From Gemmatimonadota bacterium (GTDB lineage Bacteria > Gemmatimonadota > Gemmatimonadetes > Palauibacterales > Palauibacteraceae), in assembly GCA_039588275.1 (NCBI GenBank), contig JBDHAC010000069.1, positions 1-18,036 on the forward strand: a stretch of DNA of 18,036 bases, read 5' to 3'. Both the position numbers and the translations under genes were made by a program. Under the pieces are notes generated by a model. The model did not search any database. It had not been told where the DNA came from and worked only from the letters and a program-made list of their open reading frames with translations. Positions within the stretch are counted from its first letter, which is position 1, and every line of letters starts with the position of its first letter. Below are positions 16,062-18,036 of this stretch, piece after piece.

Positions 16062-18036
16062 TCAACGTGGGTCCGGCGGACCCGCGCCACCTCCTCGCGG
16101 CTCTGATAGCGTCGGTAGTTCGCGGGGTCCTACGGAGGCAGCACCCGCGGGTTTGGGGATTGTCCACGTCACCGCATCCCCGGGGTTACCAGCCTGGTCC
16201 ACCACCGTGAGGGTAACGTCGACCTGCGACCAGCTGCCGAAAATGATGCAGTTGTCGGCGGTCACGGTGCCGCTGAAGCCGTCGCCGGTGGTCGTGTTGT
16301 TAGCGCTGGTGCTCACGTAGGCGTCCCAGCGGTCACTTGATCCTCCATTGTTGAACCTGAGCTTGACGCGGACCCGCACGGTGCTGGAGTTCACGTCGCC
16401 GTCACTGTCTGAGTAATCAACCGTATACTGGATCCGATTGTAGCTCGGAATCCCGCATTGGCCGTACGGCAGTATGAACTGATGCTGGGGATTGCTGATC
16501 ATTGGAGCAGAGGGCGATATAGGCTGGAACACCGCGGTCACAGTCTCGTCCTGGTTGATATTGAATTCGCATATCTCTCCCTCCGCCGCAATGCTGGGGC
16601 ACGGTGAGCTCCAGCTTGCGAGGAAGTCCGTACCCGTGGGCGCGGGCCAAAGCTGCAAGAACCTGCCCTGTACAAATGTCGATTGGCACGCACCGCTGGT
16701 AGAGGTCCCGTTGATCGTGCAGTCGATGCCTGGCCAGTTTGATTTCACAGTGCCATCACCGGTCCCACCGCCCGTCACAGTGAGACTGAACCCGGGCGGG
16801 GCGTCGAACTGTGCGGTGACGCTCCGGGGCTGGTCCATGGTGACGGTGCAGGACCCCGTCCCGGTACAGTCTCCGCTCCAGCCGCCGAAGGTGTCCGACC
16901 CGCTCGGGTTCTGGATGAGAGTGACGCTCGTGCCGGCCGTGTAGAACAGGCTGCACGTGCCGCTCGTCGAGCCCGACGAGATCGTGCAGCTGATCCCCTG
17001 ACCGCTCACGGTCCCCGATCCCGTCCCAGCCGTGACCGTGCACGAGCTGCCGGTGCAGTCGCCGCTCCAGCCGGTGAAGGTGCTCTGCTGGCCGGGACTC
17101 GAGGTCGGTGTGGCGCTGAGGCTGACCTGCGTACCCTGTGCGAACGTCGTGCTGCACGTGCCGCCGGCGGCGCTCCCGTCGGTGATCGTGCAGTTGATCC
17201 CAGCGGGGCTCGACGTGACGACGCCGTCCCCGTCGCCGCTCCCGGATACGGAGAGCGAGAAAGAGCCGGGCGCATCGAACTGTGCGGTGACGCTCCGAGG
17301 CTGACTCAGGGTGACGGTGCAGGATCCCGTCCCGGTGCAGTCTCCACTCCAGCCCGCGAAGGTGTCCGACCCGCTCGCGGCCGCGTTCAGGGTGACGTTA
17401 GTACCCGCCGTGTAGAACAGGCTGCAGGTGCCGCTGGTCGAGCCCGCGGTGATCGTGCAGTTGAGCCCCTGACCGGTCACCGTCCCCGACCCGTTGCCCG
17501 CTCCATTCACGACGAGCTCGAACTCCTGCTGGAACGAGGCGGTGACGGAGCGGGCCTGGTCCATGGTCACCGTGCACGAGCTGCCGGTGCAGTCCCCGCT
17601 CCACCCGGTGAAGGTGCTCTGCTGGCCCGCGCTCGAGGTCGGTGAGGCGGTAAGCGTGACCTGCGTCCCTTGCGTGAACGTCGTGCTGCAGGTGCCGCCC
17701 GCGGCGCTCCCATCGGTGATCGTGCAGTCGATCCCCGCTGGGCTCGACGTGACAACGCCGTCCCCGTCGCCGCCCCCTGAGACGGTGAGCGAGAAGGAGC
17801 CGGGAGCATCGAACTGTGCGGTGACGCTACGTGGCTGACTCAGGGTGACGGAGCAGGATCCCGTCCCGGTGCAGTCTCCACTCCAGCCTGCGAAGGTGTC
17901 CGACCCGCTCGCGGTCGCGTTCAGAGTGACGCTCGTGCCGGCCGTGTAGAACAGGCTGCACGTGCCGCTCGTCGAGCCCGACGAGATCGTGCAGCTGATC
18001 CCCTGACCGCTCACGGTCCCCGATCCCGTCCCAGCC
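16062..18036 (-). CDS. Large repeat protein, probably extracellular, with InlB-B-like/Ig-like Cys-containing repeats and an uncharacterised C-terminal domain; 5' end outside the window
   Basis: Frame open to the window edge; repeats G.G.GTV..GI.CTI..TCS..GT.VTL.A..F.GWSGDC..CTVT...RSVTA.F. Confidence 0.88.
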   Translation of the reverse strand, partial: AGTGSGTVSGQGISCTISSGSTSGTCSLFYTAGTSVTLNATASGSDTFAGWSGDCTGTGSCSVTLSQPRSVTAQFDAPGSFSLTVSGGGDGDGVVTSSPAGIDCTITDGSAAGGTCSTTFTQGTQVTLTASPTSSAGQQSTFTGWSGDCTGSSCTVTMDQARSVTASFQQEFELVVNGAGNGSGTVTGQGLNCTITAGSTSGTCSLFYTAGTNVTLNAAASGSDTFAGWSGDCTGTGSCTVTLSQPRSVTAQFDAPGSFSLSVSGSGDGDGVVTSSPAGINCTITDGSAAGGTCSTTFAQGTQVSLSATPTSSPGQQSTFTGWSGDCTGSSCTVTAGTGSGTVSGQGISCTISSGSTSGTCSLFYTAGTSVTLIQNPSGSDTFGGWSGDCTGTGSCTVTMDQPRSVTAQFDAPPGFSLTVTGGGTGDGTVKSNWPGIDCTINGTSTSGACQSTFVQGRFLQLWPAPTGTDFLASWSSPCPSIAAEGEICEFNINQDETVTAVFQPISPSAPMISNPQHQFILPYGQCGIPSYNRIQYTVDYSDSDGDVNSSTVRVRVKLRFNNGGSSDRWDAYVSTSANNTTTGDGFSGTVTADNCIIFGSWSQVDVTLTVVDQAGNPGDAVTWTIPKPAGAASVGPRELPTLSEPRGGGAGPPDPR
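16520..18036 (-). repeat. Alternating A/B intragenic repeat array (A-B-A-B'-A-C)
   Basis: A+B period is 534 nt (e.g. 17941 vs 17407); the next period is 471 nt. Positions 16918-17031 are identical to 17923-18036. Confidence 0.9.

Noticed and set aside
10821..18036. Diversity-generating retroelement (TR/VR pair) behind the shared C-termini or repeats
   Set aside because: No reverse transcriptase and no non-coding template copy. The paralogous tips are diverged at all base types rather than only at adenines.
11265..18036. CRISPR array
   Set aside because: The repeats are long, in-frame coding units without short repeat/unique spacer structure, and there are no cas genes.

Overview
GC-rich bacterial DNA; the proline-rich lipoprotein and repeat style suggest Gemmatimonadota (inference only). 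Left end: an ECF sigma factor with a zinc-finger (HxxxCxxC) anti-sigma, running off the window edge, divergent from a secreted fasciclin gene. These are followed by a strongly base-paired ~250-nt intergenic segment and a 67-aa four-cysteine protein. Centre (2631-10745): a compact six-gene operon encoding an HD-family protein with HD changed to AD, an MmgE/PrpD dehydratase, a single-chain fungal-type homoaconitase (LysF/Lys4-like), a homoisocitrate/isocitrate-type dehydrogenase with an NADP-type signature, a CitD(ACP)-CitE fusion and CitF. No citC/citG/citX, homocitrate synthase or prpB/prpC is present in the window. This is the main candidate for an undescribed system: a homocitrate (or other C7 tricarboxylate) route linking 2-oxoadipate with 2-oxoglutarate + acetyl-CoA through a citrate-lyase-like enzyme. 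Right: two large repeat-stalk proteins sharing an unrecognised C-terminal domain, an FHA-TM-lytic transglycosylase fusion and a class-3-lipase-like hydrolase. No rRNA, tRNA, CRISPR or transposase was seen.
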